A DNA stretch of 64,000 nt from contig CAWIIB010000008.1 in NCBI GenBank assembly GCA_963836075.1, positions 32,001 to 96,000 on the forward strand, written 5' to 3'. The first letter of the stretch is position 1. Each line of letters opens with the position of its first letter. A model generated the notes under the pieces. That model saw only the letters and a program-made list of their open reading frames with translations. It did no database searches and was not told the origin of the DNA. The position numbers and the translations under genes are program-made. Shown here piece after piece: positions 1 to 11,901 of the stretch. Source of the DNA: an uncultured Acidobacteriota bacterium (GTDB taxonomy: Bacteria > Acidobacteriota > JAQAZP01).

Positions 1-189
1 CCGGCCGCGGTTTCCCGATCGGTTTTCATCGCACAGCGGCGGCACGTCTCCGACAGTCACAAAAGACGGAAGATTCCCTCTGCCGACACGATATTCAGAA
101 AAACCTTCATTGCATCTCCGGCAACCTGCGGACTATACTTTTTGCTCGTTTCAGGACTGATGGAAGGTGATGGGAAGGAGTGGACAACA

Positions 190-2376
190 ATGACGAGGGA
201 TGTGGACTGGAAGCGTGCCGCCGGGTTCGGCTGGAAGGTGGGGGTGGTGATCGGGGGCTGTATCGGTTTCCAGGAGGGCTTCCTCGCCGTCACCGCCAAG
301 TCGGGCGCCTCGGCCGACGTCCCGCTCACCCGGGTGGCCCAGTTTCTGCAGGTCTACTTCACGCCGATCTTTGCCGAGATGCTCCTCTGGGGTCTGCTGG
401 GCATGGTGGCGGCGCTGCTGCTCAACCTCGTCCTCGGGCGGCGCTTTCGGGCCTTCGGCACAATGGACGGCTTCGTCCCCGTGTTCAGTGGTTTGATGGC
501 CGGTGTGGGAAACACGGCCTTTGTCTTCTTCCTGCTCAACTCCTCTTTTGGCCTGGCCATGCTGATTGAACCCACCAAGCTGCTGTTCAACCTGCGACTG
601 GTCTTTTCCGCTGTGCTCACCGGGCTGGCGGTGGGCTTCCTGGTGCGCGGCGTGCGTACCCGGCCCTGGGGGCACCGGGTGAAAGCCGTGCTGGTGGTCC
701 TTTCCCTCTGGGCGCTGGTGCTGATCCCGCTGGCCCTCTGGGTCAACCGGGTCTATCTCAAGTTCAGCTTCACCCCGCTCTTCTTCGGGGTGGGTGCCCT
801 TTTCCTGCTGGCCCTGGCCGGGGGGACCTGGCTCGGCGCGGCCTGGCTCACGCCCCGCTACCTCCGCGGAGTGCGGCGCTACCCGCTGGTGCGGTACCTC
901 TCCCTGGTGGTGGTCCTGCTGCTGGCCCTGCCCGTCTTCCTGCCCGGCCTCACCGGGTCCGCCGAAGCCGTGAGCCCGGGCAGCGGGGCCGGCGGCGCGG
1001 CGCTGGACCGCAACGTGATTCTCATATCAGTGGACACCCTGCGGGCCGACCGGCTGTCCAGCTCGGGCAGTGATTTCTGCCAGACGCCGAACATCGACCG
1101 GCTGGCCGAAGAGGGCGTGCTCTTCTCCCGGGCCCAGGCCCAGTCCTCCTGGACCCTCTCCTCCATCTGCTCCATGCTCACCTCGCTGTACCCCACGGCC
1201 CACGGTGTGCTGTCCATGCTCGACCAGATGGACCAGACCCGGGAAACCGTGGCCGAGAAGGCCGCCGCCGGCGGGTATCACACCGGGGCGGTGATCTCCA
1301 ACGGCTGGTTGCTGGAACCCTTTGGCGCGAGCCAGGGGTTCGCCTTCTACGACCACATGAAGCACCGCTACCGGGCCCCTTACTGGGCCGGCCACCTGTG
1401 GTACCGCCTGGTGGATCCGCTCCGGCGCCGGGTGGCCCCGGTGGAGCTGGAGGTGCAGGAAGACGCGGGCGACTGTTCGCTCAACCTGAAATACGCCCTG
1501 GAGTTCATCGAAGCCAACCAGTCGGGGAACTTCTTCTTCTGGCTCCACGTGATCGACCCCCACGAACCCTACGTCGCCCGTGACCGGTGGATCGCCGGGG
1601 CGGGGCGGGACTACCACGGGAACCAGGTTCCGCGGCTGGATTCGGGCAAGGTGGTCAACTTTCGCGCCGGCAGGGTCCTCGATGGAGGCGACCGGCGGCA
1701 CATCGAGGACCTCTACAACAGGGAAGTGGAATACACCGACATGGTTCTCGGCCAGCTCCTCGACCGGATCTACCAGCTGGGACTGACCCGCAACACCATG
1801 ATCATTTTCACCAGCGATCACGGCGAGGAGTTCTGGGAACACGACAGCGTGTCCCACGGCCACACCTGCTTTACTGAGCTGGTGCAGGTGCCGCTGGTCA
1901 TCCGGCCCGCCGACGAAGAGGAGCTGGATCGCAACCGCCGCATCGAAGCCCAGGTCAGCCTGGTGGACGTGGCGCCCACCATTCTCGATTTTCTCGGGCT
2001 GCCCGGGCTGGATCACGCCGAAGGGCGGAGCCTGCTGCCGATGATGCGCGGCGAGGAGGAGCCGGCGGACAACCCGGCGTTCTACGAGGCGATGGCCTAT
2101 TTCGGGGAAAAGAAAGCGGTGAGTGACGGGCGCTACAAGTACATCCTCACCGAGGTGGACGGCAGGGAGGAACTGTACGACCTGCTGGAGGACCCCGGCG
2201 AACAGCGCAACCTGGTGTATGAGCGGCCCGAGCTCAGACTGGAGCTGAAGGGCCGGTTGATGGACCACCTGTCGACCCAGCGGGAACTGGCCTCCCTGCT
2301 CGGTTCCAGCAACGAAAAGGCCGAGATCGGCGCAGACACCGTCGAGCACCTGCGGGCGCTCGGCTATCTCAACTGA
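190..2376 (+). CDS. Membrane-anchored sulfatase-like (alkaline phosphatase superfamily) hydrolase/transferase
   Basis: N-terminal ~270 aa multi-TM region, then LISVDTLRAD, SWTLSS..SMLTSLYP, HVIDPH, FTSDHGEEF and C-terminal LRALGY motifs. ATG 190 follows AAGGAG (175-180); the ORF track starts at 142. Confidence 0.85.
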   Translation: MTRDVDWKRAAGFGWKVGVVIGGCIGFQEGFLAVTAKSGASADVPLTRVAQFLQVYFTPIFAEMLLWGLLGMVAALLLNLVLGRRFRAFGTMDGFVPVFSGLMAGVGNTAFVFFLLNSSFGLAMLIEPTKLLFNLRLVFSAVLTGLAVGFLVRGVRTRPWGHRVKAVLVVLSLWALVLIPLALWVNRVYLKFSFTPLFFGVGALFLLALAGGTWLGAAWLTPRYLRGVRRYPLVRYLSLVVVLLLALPVFLPGLTGSAEAVSPGSGAGGAALDRNVILISVDTLRADRLSSSGSDFCQTPNIDRLAEEGVLFSRAQAQSSWTLSSICSMLTSLYPTAHGVLSMLDQMDQTRETVAEKAAAGGYHTGAVISNGWLLEPFGASQGFAFYDHMKHRYRAPYWAGHLWYRLVDPLRRRVAPVELEVQEDAGDCSLNLKYALEFIEANQSGNFFFWLHVIDPHEPYVARDRWIAGAGRDYHGNQVPRLDSGKVVNFRAGRVLDGGDRRHIEDLYNREVEYTDMVLGQLLDRIYQLGLTRNTMIIFTSDHGEEFWEHDSVSHGHTCFTELVQVPLVIRPADEEELDRNRRIEAQVSLVDVAPTILDFLGLPGLDHAEGRSLLPMMRGEEEPADNPAFYEAMAYFGEKKAVSDGRYKYILTEVDGREELYDLLEDPGEQRNLVYERPELRLELKGRLMDHLSTQRELASLLGSSNEKAEIGADTVEHLRALGYLN

Positions 2377-2436
2377 CAACTGGTATCGGCTTGCACGGAA
2401 TCGTGTTTCCGAACGTCATTCCTTTGGAGAACTGCC

Positions 2437-4035
<1,599 letters not shown>

Positions 4036-4046
4036 GGCTGAGCAAG

Positions 4047-4086
4047 AAAAAGGGGACTGTCCCGCCCCGGGGACTGTCCCCTTTTT
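4047..4086. terminator. Bidirectional rho-independent terminator between convergent pckA and adh
   Basis: AAAAAGGGGAC (4047-4057) pairs with GTCCCCTTTTT (4076-4086), giving A/T tails on both sides. Confidence 0.8.
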
Positions 4087-4099
4087 CCAGGTGAGCAGG

Positions 4100-5155
4100 T
4101 CAGCTCTTCAGCGACGCCATGTCGATGGAGAAGCGGTACTTCACATCCGACTTGAGCATCCGCTCGTAGGCTTCGTTCACATCCTGGATGGGAATGACTT
4201 CCACGTCGGCAGTGATGCCGTGCTGGCCGCAGAAGTCGAGCATTTCCTGGGTCTCGGCGATGCCGCCGATGAGCGAGCCGGAAATGCTCTTCCGTCCGAA
4301 GAGCAGGCCGAAGGCCGAGACGGGGAACGGCTTCTCCGGCGCACCCACCAGGGTGAGGTTGCCGTCGAGGCTCAGCAGGCTGACGTAGGCGTTGATGTCG
4401 TGGTCGGCGGAAATGGTGTCGAGGATGAAATCGAGGCTGCCGGCGCGCTTCTGCATCTCTTCGGCGTCGGTGGAGATGACCACCTCGTGGGCGCCCAGAC
4501 GGAGCGCATCCTCCTTCTTGCCCGGGGATGTGGTGAACACCACGACGTGGGCGCCGAAGGCCCGGGCGAACTTCACCCCCATGTGCCCCAGTCCACCGAG
4601 GCCCACCACGCCGACCTTCTGCCCCTCGGTCACGCCCCAGCGGCGAATGGGGGAGTAGGTGGTGATCCCGGCGCAGAGCAGAGGCGCGGCCCCGGCCAGC
4701 TCGAGGTTGTCGGGAATGCGCAGCACGAACTGCTCGTCGACGACGATGCTTTCGGAGTACCCGCCGTAGGTGACCCCCCCGAGGTGCTTGTCCGGCCAGT
4801 TGTAGGTGAAGGTCGCTTCGTGGCAGAACTGCTCGACGTCGGCCTGACAGCTGGGGCAGGTGTGGTCCGAATCGACCAGGCAGCCCACACCGGCCAGGTC
4901 GCCCGGTTTGAAGCTGGTGACGGTGCTGCCCACCGATACGACCCGGCCAACGATTTCGTGGCCCGGGACGATGGGGTAGACCGTGGGCATGACACTGCTC
5001 CACTCGTCACGCACCGCGTGGAGGTCGGAGTGGCAGATGCCGCAGAAGAGGATCTCGATCTGCACGTCGCGTTCGGTGGGCTTGCGGCGCTGGATCGTGG
5101 TGGAGGCCAGCGGCGATGTGGCGCTGGCGGCGGAGTACGCTTTGCTGTCTGACAT
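4100..5155 (-). CDS. Zn-dependent NAD(P)H alcohol/aldehyde dehydrogenase (cinnamyl-ADH/YahK-like)
   Basis: CGICHSD, GHEIVG, LLCAGITTYSP, GLGGLGHMG and DVKYRFSID motifs; ATG 5155 follows GAAGGAAG. Confidence 0.95.
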   Translation of the reverse strand: MSDSKAYSAASATSPLASTTIQRRKPTERDVQIEILFCGICHSDLHAVRDEWSSVMPTVYPIVPGHEIVGRVVSVGSTVTSFKPGDLAGVGCLVDSDHTCPSCQADVEQFCHEATFTYNWPDKHLGGVTYGGYSESIVVDEQFVLRIPDNLELAGAAPLLCAGITTYSPIRRWGVTEGQKVGVVGLGGLGHMGVKFARAFGAHVVVFTTSPGKKEDALRLGAHEVVISTDAEEMQKRAGSLDFILDTISADHDINAYVSLLSLDGNLTLVGAPEKPFPVSAFGLLFGRKSISGSLIGGIAETQEMLDFCGQHGITADVEVIPIQDVNEAYERMLKSDVKYRFSIDMASLKS

Positions 5156-5498
5156 GGATACTTCCTTCAATGTTGTTTCGCTGTGCTGCTGATTCAGCCG
5201 CGGCACTGTCGATCCGAACCAGGTGGTCCGAGGAGGGCGCGATCAGGGTCCAGGGTCGTCCGCTCTTTTGCGGCACGCTCCTGCCAGCGGTTCTTAACAA
5301 ACTAAGTGGACCGACAAATCCTACACCGAATCGAAAGAGGGTCGGTAGAACAATTCCGGCCATTCCCCGTGCGATCCTGACGTTGATCCCCCAGGGGGAA
5401 ACTTTTTGTCGTCTGCTTGCGGGCGACCAGGGGCACGTCTGTGGCAAATGGCCTCGACGGTAAACCGGGGAGCCATCGGATAGCGCAGGCCACCCCTC

Positions 5499-5541
5499 CT
5501 GTCATCGCGAGCCCCTGCGGGTCGGCGGCTCGCAATGACAG
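5499..5541. repeat. REP-like extragenic palindrome, copy 1
   Basis: CTGTCATCGCGAGCC ... GGCTCGCAATGACAG inverted repeat; the same arms recur at 24113-24167. Confidence 0.7.
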
Positions 5542-5588
5542 AGGGGGCGGTGCCCGCTCCCGCAGATGAATGATATCGAGAAAATGAA

Positions 5589-5622
5589 AAGGCCCGGTCG
5601 GGAGTGTTCCCGGCCGGGCCTT
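5589..5622 (-). terminator. Rho-independent terminator of the cytochrome c gene
   Basis: AAGGCCCGGTCGGGA/TCCCGGCCGGGCCTT stem followed by a T-rich tail on the minus strand, just after the stop at 5646. Confidence 0.75.
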
Positions 5623-5645
5623 GTTGCGTCAGCAGTCTGTCTTTG

Positions 5646-8381
5646 TTACGGCGCCAGTGCGGTCACCGTGCAGCTGGCCGTGGCGGTGTCCCCCGCCGGC
5701 GGGTAGGGCGGCAGGTTGTACGGCGCGGGGGTGACGTCGAACGCGGTGAGCAAGAAGGTGTTGTCCCCGATCACCGTGCCCAGGGCCGGAATGTTCTGGA
5801 CCCAGGAGGTGAGGTAGCTCTCCCCGCCGGCCACGTTGGTGTAGCCCGCCCGCCAGCTGGGATAGAAGTTGCCGTTGGCCAGGGTGGCGTCGACACGGCC
5901 GGAGATCCGCCGGGTCTGGCCGGCGTAGAGGTTGGTCAGCGAGACCGACATGGACGTGCTGAAGGGCACGATGCCCACGTCCGGCACGCAGGTGAAGACG
6001 GCGTCCACCGTTGCAGTGGGTTCGCTGGTCAGGGCCAGGGTCCCGGTCCACATCACCTCCGGCGGGCACTTGCCGTTGTCGTTCCACAGGTCGTACATCT
6101 CCTGACCCAGACTGTTGGTGGTGTTCTCGTCTCGCAGGAACTCGACGAACTCCTTCGAGGTGCTCTGGTAGTAGAGGGTCACCTCGGCCGACGCGGCCCC
6201 GGCCGGGATGCTGTAGTAGGTGTCGTCCCAGTACTGGCCGTCGGCGTAGCTGTGGCCCACCGGCGCCCCGCCGAAATCGTCGTAGGCGGCGTTGGTGAAG
6301 CCCCGCGGCGGGATGCGGTTGTCGCTGAACACCTTGTTGTTCAGCACGAAGTGGAAGGACGGTCCCGGGTCCACGCCGACGATGCGGCGCGGTCACCTCG
6401 TCCAGACCCGGTTCGATCTCGTAGATCTTGGCTTCCTCGTCGTGGCTCAGCACGCCGGTGTCCGGGTCGTAGGCCCCGGACTCGGAGATCAGGGCCATCC
6501 CTTCGTCGTAGAACTTGACGTTGATCCAGATCCGGCGGCCTTCGGGATAGCCGGTGGGCAGCTTGTGCCCGGTCTGGTTGGTCACCGTCACCTCGAGGTC
6601 GCTGCCGCCCTGCTCCAGCGTCCACCGTGGCCGCGTTCTGCAGCATGTAGCGGGCCCGCTCGATGCCGGCCAGCAGGGCCGCCTCGTTCACCTGGCCGGG
6701 GAACATGGCGGGCAGCAGGCCGGGGAGCCAGGTGCTGCCGCCGGTCATGTCGTGCAGCGGCAGGTCGTCGCGCACCGGCGGGTCGCCGAAGTTGCAGCCC
6801 TGGCCGGTGACGTCGCGCATGTGGCAGTCCTGGCAGGTGGAGACGTTGTCCAGGTTGCCGCCGAACTGCGGCGCGTAGACGCCGGCGGGGGTGTTGTATT
6901 CGCTGTAGAACCACTCGCTGTAGGTCCGCTCCACCGGGGCGATGGTGTGGGCCGAGAAGTCGGTGGCCGGCGTGTCAAAGGCGTTGGGCAGGTAGTTGCC
7001 CAGGCCGTCCTTCTCGAAGGCCGGGTTGCTCACGTCGTGGCAGGTGCCGCAGAGGGCCGCTTCGCGGTGGAAGGGCGAGACCAGCACCGGGTGGCCGGAG
7101 TCGGCGTCGAGGAACGGCCCGCGCCGTGCGCCCGTCGGGTCGACCACCACCATGCCGTTGCCGAACTCGGTGCCGGGGAAGCTGAGCGCGGCGAGGATCG
7201 CCTGGTCTTCGATGCGGGCTTGCCCCTGGCTCGTAGATCGGATCCACCAGCCGGTGGCAGTAGTCGCAGGAGACCCCGCTCTCGTCGGTGCTCAGCATCT
7301 GGCTGCCGTCGGTGGGCACCGAACGGCCCTGGTGCCAGCCGCGGGGAAGGTGGCAGCGCAGGCAGAGGTCGCCGGAGTCGGGGGCGTCCTGGTTGGCGAT
7401 GACCATGTTGGCCTGGAAGATGAGGTCCAGGGAGGCCTGGGCCATCATGCTCCCCTGCCAGTTGGCGTAGGGCTCGACCGCGGTGTCGTAGCCGCCGTGG
7501 CAGACCTCGCAGGCCTCGGGCGGGTTGAGGATGCCCGACTCGAAGGGCTGGCTGCCCGGCATGTCGAAGTCGCGCAGGGTGGTGGGGACGAGGCCGCCCG
7601 GAGGTGATTCGATGGTGAAGACGGCGTCGCTCTCGTCCTGCCCCTGGTTGAAGGCGTTGTCGGTGGCCACCACCCTGATCAGGGCCAGGGCGCTGGGCCG
7701 GTTGGCCGGGAACCAGGTGTGACTGCCGCTGTTGGTCAGGTTCTGCGCCTCCACCTCCCAGGTGGCTCCGTTGTCCAGGGAGAGGTAGATGTCGATGCCG
7801 GCGATATCGCTGGGGTCGGCGGCAAACCACTGCACGGTGAAGCTGCTGTTGCCCACCACCAGTTCGCCGCCGTTGGGGTCGAGCACGATCACTTCCGGCG
7901 GGTCGGTGTCGCCGCCGGTGCTGGGCACCAGGTTGTCCTGGATGTCGGCCAGGTCGACGTTCTGCGTGCTGCCCGCGTTGGCCGGTGTCAATCCGGGGAA
8001 GGTGGGCGTATTGATGAAGCTGATCAGGTCGGTGACCTCGATCAGGGTGCTGAAGCCGTCGCCATCCGGGTCCTCGTTCTCGATGGCCAGGACCGCCTCC
8101 TCCTTGGTGGACCAGAGATCGAGTTCATCTTCGAGTCTCAGGCCGTAGGGGTTGCGGGCCCCGCCGCCGTCGAAGTCGAAGTGGCAAACGCCGCAGTGAT
8201 CGGGATTGCTGGGCACGTCGGAGAGGACTGTTCCATCTGCGGCGGGGTAGACATCGAAGAACGCGGATTTGATGTTGTTTCGCGCAGGGCTCTCCAGACT
8301 GACCCCGCTGATCAGGACCAGCATGACGGCAAACAGGATCCAGGAAAAAATGCGTCTTTGATCGGGTTTCAAGGCGGCCAT
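5646..8381 (-). CDS. Secreted multiheme (six CxxCH) c-type cytochrome with Ig-like domains; three apparent +1 frameshifts (~7215, ~6623, ~6385)
   Basis: Joining ORFs 6975-8381, 6341-7153, 5629-6591 and 5646-6374 gives one protein with a signal peptide, CGVCH, CEVCH, CLRCH, CDYCH, CGTCH, CQDCH and GHKLPTG; AAGGAG RBS. Confidence 0.85.
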
Positions 8382-8573
8382 GGATGAACTCCTTGCTGAG
8401 GTGGACGGTAAAAGAAAGTTAATAAAGGGATTATCGATTTACGCAGATCGACCATCGACATAACCGGGGTCCCCGGTTCGCGTGTGGAGCAGGATCTGAA
8501 ACGTGCTATGCAAAGGGAAGAAAGACGGTAACGCACTCCACAACATCAACCAAACTCTCTTATCTCTCCGGTA

Positions 8574-8602
8574 GTTATATGGTTGGAATGTTGTTTCGTC
8601 AA
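8574..8602 (-). promoter_or_regulatory. Candidate sigma70 promoter for the cytochrome c gene
   Basis: Minus strand reads TTGACG-N17-TATAAC. Confidence 0.55.
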
Positions 8603-8693
8603 GTGACGTAACGACAGGAGTTGTCTGGTATTCTGGTAGGGTTCCCAGGCATTCCCCGGCGGGATGAACCCGCCGGGGAATGATTGTCAAGGC

Positions 8694-11600
8694 CTATCGT
8701 CCTGCTTCCACCGTTTCGGTGAACACCTCGTCGCCCAGCTCGGTGACCGCGCCGAGGATGTATTCGTAGCGCACGCCCTGCAGTGCGGACCGGTCGAGGA
8801 AGAGGCTGCCGCGGGCCGGTTGGGGGGTGATCCGCTGGAACCCGTCCAGCAGCGCGGTGTGCCTGGCCCGGCGGGCTTCCAGCGCCTTGATCCGTTCCGG
8901 CAGCCGGGTCGCCGGGCCGGTGACGCCGCTGATCCCGGTCTGGGCCATGGCCGGGGCCTCGGGGAAGACCTGGCGCCGGTAGACGTTGATCCCCTGGGCT
9001 GCAAAACCTTTGGTTCCGGTCAGTTCCACCTCGATGCCGTCGGGCCTTGGTGCGGCCCGCACGCCGGCGCGGCGGTCCCAGGTGGGCAGGTCGCCGCCGG
9101 TGAGGCAGAACAGCTCGCCGCCAATGCCGCCGAGCATCTGGGTCCCGGCCAGAGCGTCGGCATAGGTGTCGCCGTTGACGTCCTCGATCCAGCGCAGGGT
9201 GAAGATCTTGCTGCCGGTCATGTAGCTCCAGATGGTGTCGCCGCTGGTGCCGTCCACGCAGCGCACTTCGCCGGTGAAGGCCCCGGCCAGGGCATCGTCG
9301 TAGCCGTCGCCGTTGACGTCGGGGATGCCGGAGACGGCCCAGACGTCGCTGCCCATGTAGCTGCTCCAGAGCTGGACGCCGGTGGCGCCGTCGAGGCAGT
9401 AGGCCCAGGCGGCCCAGCTGGCCACCAGCACCTCGTTGATCCCGTCGCCGGTGACATCGGCAAAGGAGTCCACCCGCATCACCGGGGCGGCGGCCAGGGG
9501 GTAAGTCCAGAGCGCCGTTCCGGCGCCGGCGCCGTCGAGGCACTGCACCGAGCCGGCCGGCGAGCTGCCCCAGGTGCCCACCACCACTTCGGAGACCCCG
9601 TCGCCGGTGATGTCGCTGTGCCGGGCCAGGCTCCAGTTGTCGCCGCCGGTGTCATAGGACCAGAGTGTGGTGGCCGGTCCGCTGCTGGCGCCGCTGGCGC
9701 AGTAGACGTGGTTGTCACGGTCCACGTTGCCGCCGGCGCAGGCCACCGCGTCCTCCACCCCGTCGCCGTCGGCGTCACCGATGTTCACCACGTCGATGAT
9801 GGCGTCGTTGGCATACTGGCGCCACAGGGTGTCGGCGGTGCCGGTTGAGGCGCCGTCAAAGGCATACATGCTCCGCGGCCCGGCCGAGCCGCTGTCGTGG
9901 CCGCCGGCGCCAAAGAGGGCGTCGGGCACTCCGTCCTGGTTGATATCGCTGATCGGTCCGGCGGCGTAGACCCAGCCGCCCTGCGGGTCCTCGTCATACA
10001 TGTCGTAGGACCAGAGGACGTTGCCGTTGCGCCCGTTCACCGCGTAGCAGGTGCAGCCGCCCCAGGCGGTGGCCAGCAGCACGTCGGCCAGACCGTCGTC
10101 GTTCATGTCGGGCGAGACGTCGAGGCACTTGTCGCCGTAGCCGCCGCTGTTGCTCGGTCCGCCGGGGGGATGGATCCCCCACTTCACCACCCCCTGGCCG
10201 TGCGAGTTGCCCCAGATCAGCGAGAGGTGCGGTTCGCCGGCCGAGGCGCCCGCGTCGTAGGACTCCACCGCCGCGTCGGCGATCCCGTCACCGGTGACGT
10301 CCGGCACCTGGGCCGTGCACTCCACGTTCTCCACCCCCTGGAAGACCCAGAGGGGCAGCCCCTTGCCGAGGAAGTTGGTCCGTCCCGCGCCCTGGAGGTC
10401 GATGGTCTGGGTGCCGCCGTCGGTGCCGTTGCTGGTCACCTCCACGGCACCGGAGAAGCTGCCGAGGGCCGGGGGCGAGAAATCCACGTCCACCACCAGC
10501 GATTCGAAGGTGGTGAGGGTGATGGGGTAGAAGAAGTCGGGGAGGAAGAAGACCTCGTCGCCCGGGGCGGCACCGATGATGGCCATGTCGGTGATCACCA
10601 GTGGTGCGTAACCGAGGTTGGTGATGGTCAGCGGCCAGCGGGAACGGGAGTAGCGCCGCCGCTGGTCGAAGTCGTGGGAGGTGGCCGAAAACTCGATCAC
10701 CGGGTCGGGCAGCACGGTGGTGGCCAGGATGGTTGCGGTGACCTCCGGCTCGTCCGGGTCGTCGCTGAACACGGTGATCGTGCCCTCGAAATCGCCGGTT
10801 GTGGCCGAGGTGAAGAACGAGGTGTAGGTGATTGTTTCGCCGCCGGCGATGGTCTGGGGGGAGGAGAAGTCCACCTGGAAGTGCGGATCGTCACTGGTCA
10901 TGTCGGTGATCGTCAGATCGGCGGTTCCCACGTTGTCGATATACAGCGTCCAGGGTACGACACTGTTCACCGGGACGATGCCCAGATCCTGGCTGGCGGG
11001 GTGGAGGTCGATGTCCGGCGTGCCACTGCCTTCGGGGTCGATCTGGTAGCAGCGCCGTCCGGCGCCGGCGTTGTTGTCGGCGCAGACCCAGAGATAGCTG
11101 CCGTCCCAGGCCAGGCCGCGGGGGTTGGCCCCGGGAGAGTCGAACTGTTCCAGGACGGTGCCGTCGGTGGTGTCCAGCCGGTAGACAATCGCTTCCTCGC
11201 CGCTGAAGTCGTCGTTGACATACCAGAGGTCGGTGCCGTCGAAGGCCAGGCCCCAGGGCTGGTTGGCCGGTGCGTCAAAGGAGTGGATTTCGAGGCCGGT
11301 GGCCGGGTCGATCTGGTAGATCCAGCCGTCGGGGTTGTAATACGCGGCACACCACAGGTAAGTGCCGTCCCAGGTCAGGCCGGCCATGTAGGTGGTGATG
11401 GAGGGGATGGAGCCGAGCAGCCCGCCGCTGGTGTCCATCCTGAACAGCAGGTCGTAGTTGTAGGAGTCGAGCTGCCAGAGGGCGCTGCCGTCCCAGGCCA
11501 GCCCGTAGGAATCGTCCCCCTGGCCGGTGAAGGAACTGAGCACCGTGCCGTCCGCCGGGTCCAGCTCATAGACCGTCGAACCGCTGGGGCCGTACATCCC

Positions 11601-11828
11601 GCACCACAGGCTGGAACCGTCCCAGGTCAGGGCGCCGGCGTAGTCCGGGGCCGGGATGCTGCCCACCACGGTTTCAGCGGCCGCCGGCGGTGCGCCACCG
11701 AGCAGCAGGACGACGATCAATACAGCCAGGTACGGTATGAAAATGATGCCTGTAGCTGAACATGATGTTTCTCCCCGGAAAGTGGTTATACGGAGATGAT
11801 AGGTCGCCCCGCTACACCAGTCAATCAA
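8694..11828 (-). CDS. Large secreted protein: WDG-repeat beta-propeller, two Ig-like (choice-of-anchor D/ASH-like) domains, FG-GAP/PQQ-like repeats, C-terminal FN3-like domain
   Basis: Repeated GLAWDGS.LW; signal peptide ending AAA-E; DVTGDG/DINQDG/DVNGDG Ca-binding repeats. The true start is probably ATG 11763 (GGGGAGA RBS), out of frame by one base. Confidence 0.8.
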   Translation of the reverse strand: MIDWCSGATYHLRITTFRGETSCSATGIIFIPYLAVLIVVLLLGGAPPAAAETVVGSIPAPDYAGALTWDGSSLWCGMYGPSGSTVYELDPADGTVLSSFTGQGDDSYGLAWDGSALWQLDSYNYDLLFRMDTSGGLLGSIPSITTYMAGLTWDGTYLWCAAYYNPDGWIYQIDPATGLEIHSFDAPANQPWGLAFDGTDLWYVNDDFSGEEAIVYRLDTTDGTVLEQFDSPGANPRGLAWDGSYLWVCADNNAGAGRRCYQIDPEGSGTPDIDLHPASQDLGIVPVNSVVPWTLYIDNVGTADLTITDMTSDDPHFQVDFSSPQTIAGGETITYTSFFTSATTGDFEGTITVFSDDPDEPEVTATILATTVLPDPVIEFSATSHDFDQRRRYSRSRWPLTITNLGYAPLVITDMAIIGAAPGDEVFFLPDFFYPITLTTFESLVVDVDFSPPALGSFSGAVEVTSNGTDGGTQTIDLQGAGRTNFLGKGLPLWVFQGVENVECTAQVPDVTGDGIADAAVESYDAGASAGEPHLSLIWGNSHGQGVVKWGIHPPGGPSNSGGYGDKCLDVSPDMNDDGLADVLLATAWGGCTCYAVNGRNGNVLWSYDMYDEDPQGGWVYAAGPISDINQDGVPDALFGAGGHDSGSAGPRSMYAFDGASTGTADTLWRQYANDAIIDVVNIGDADGDGVEDAVACAGGNVDRDNHVYCASGASSGPATTLWSYDTGGDNWSLARHSDITGDGVSEVVVGTWGSSPAGSVQCLDGAGAGTALWTYPLAAAPVMRVDSFADVTGDGINEVLVASWAAWAYCLDGATGVQLWSSYMGSDVWAVSGIPDVNGDGYDDALAGAFTGEVRCVDGTSGDTIWSYMTGSKIFTLRWIEDVNGDTYADALAGTQMLGGIGGELFCLTGGDLPTWDRRAGVRAAPRPDGIEVELTGTKGFAAQGINVYRRQVFPEAPAMAQTGISGVTGPATRLPERIKALEARRARHTALLDGFQRITPQPARGSLFLDRSALQGVRYEYILGAVTELGDEVFTETVEAGR

Positions 11829-11901
11829 TGAATTGCCCTCTCAGGGAACAGTGCACAATTTACATTGAATTACGTCGCGTGGAGTGAATCCGTTTGCGAG
11901 A

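Noticed and set aside
2381-2395. TGGTATCGGCTTGCA upstream of pckA as a sigma54 promoter
   Set aside because: Spacing is GG-N9-GC, and sigma54 requires N10. It would be valid only if a base is missing from the sequence.
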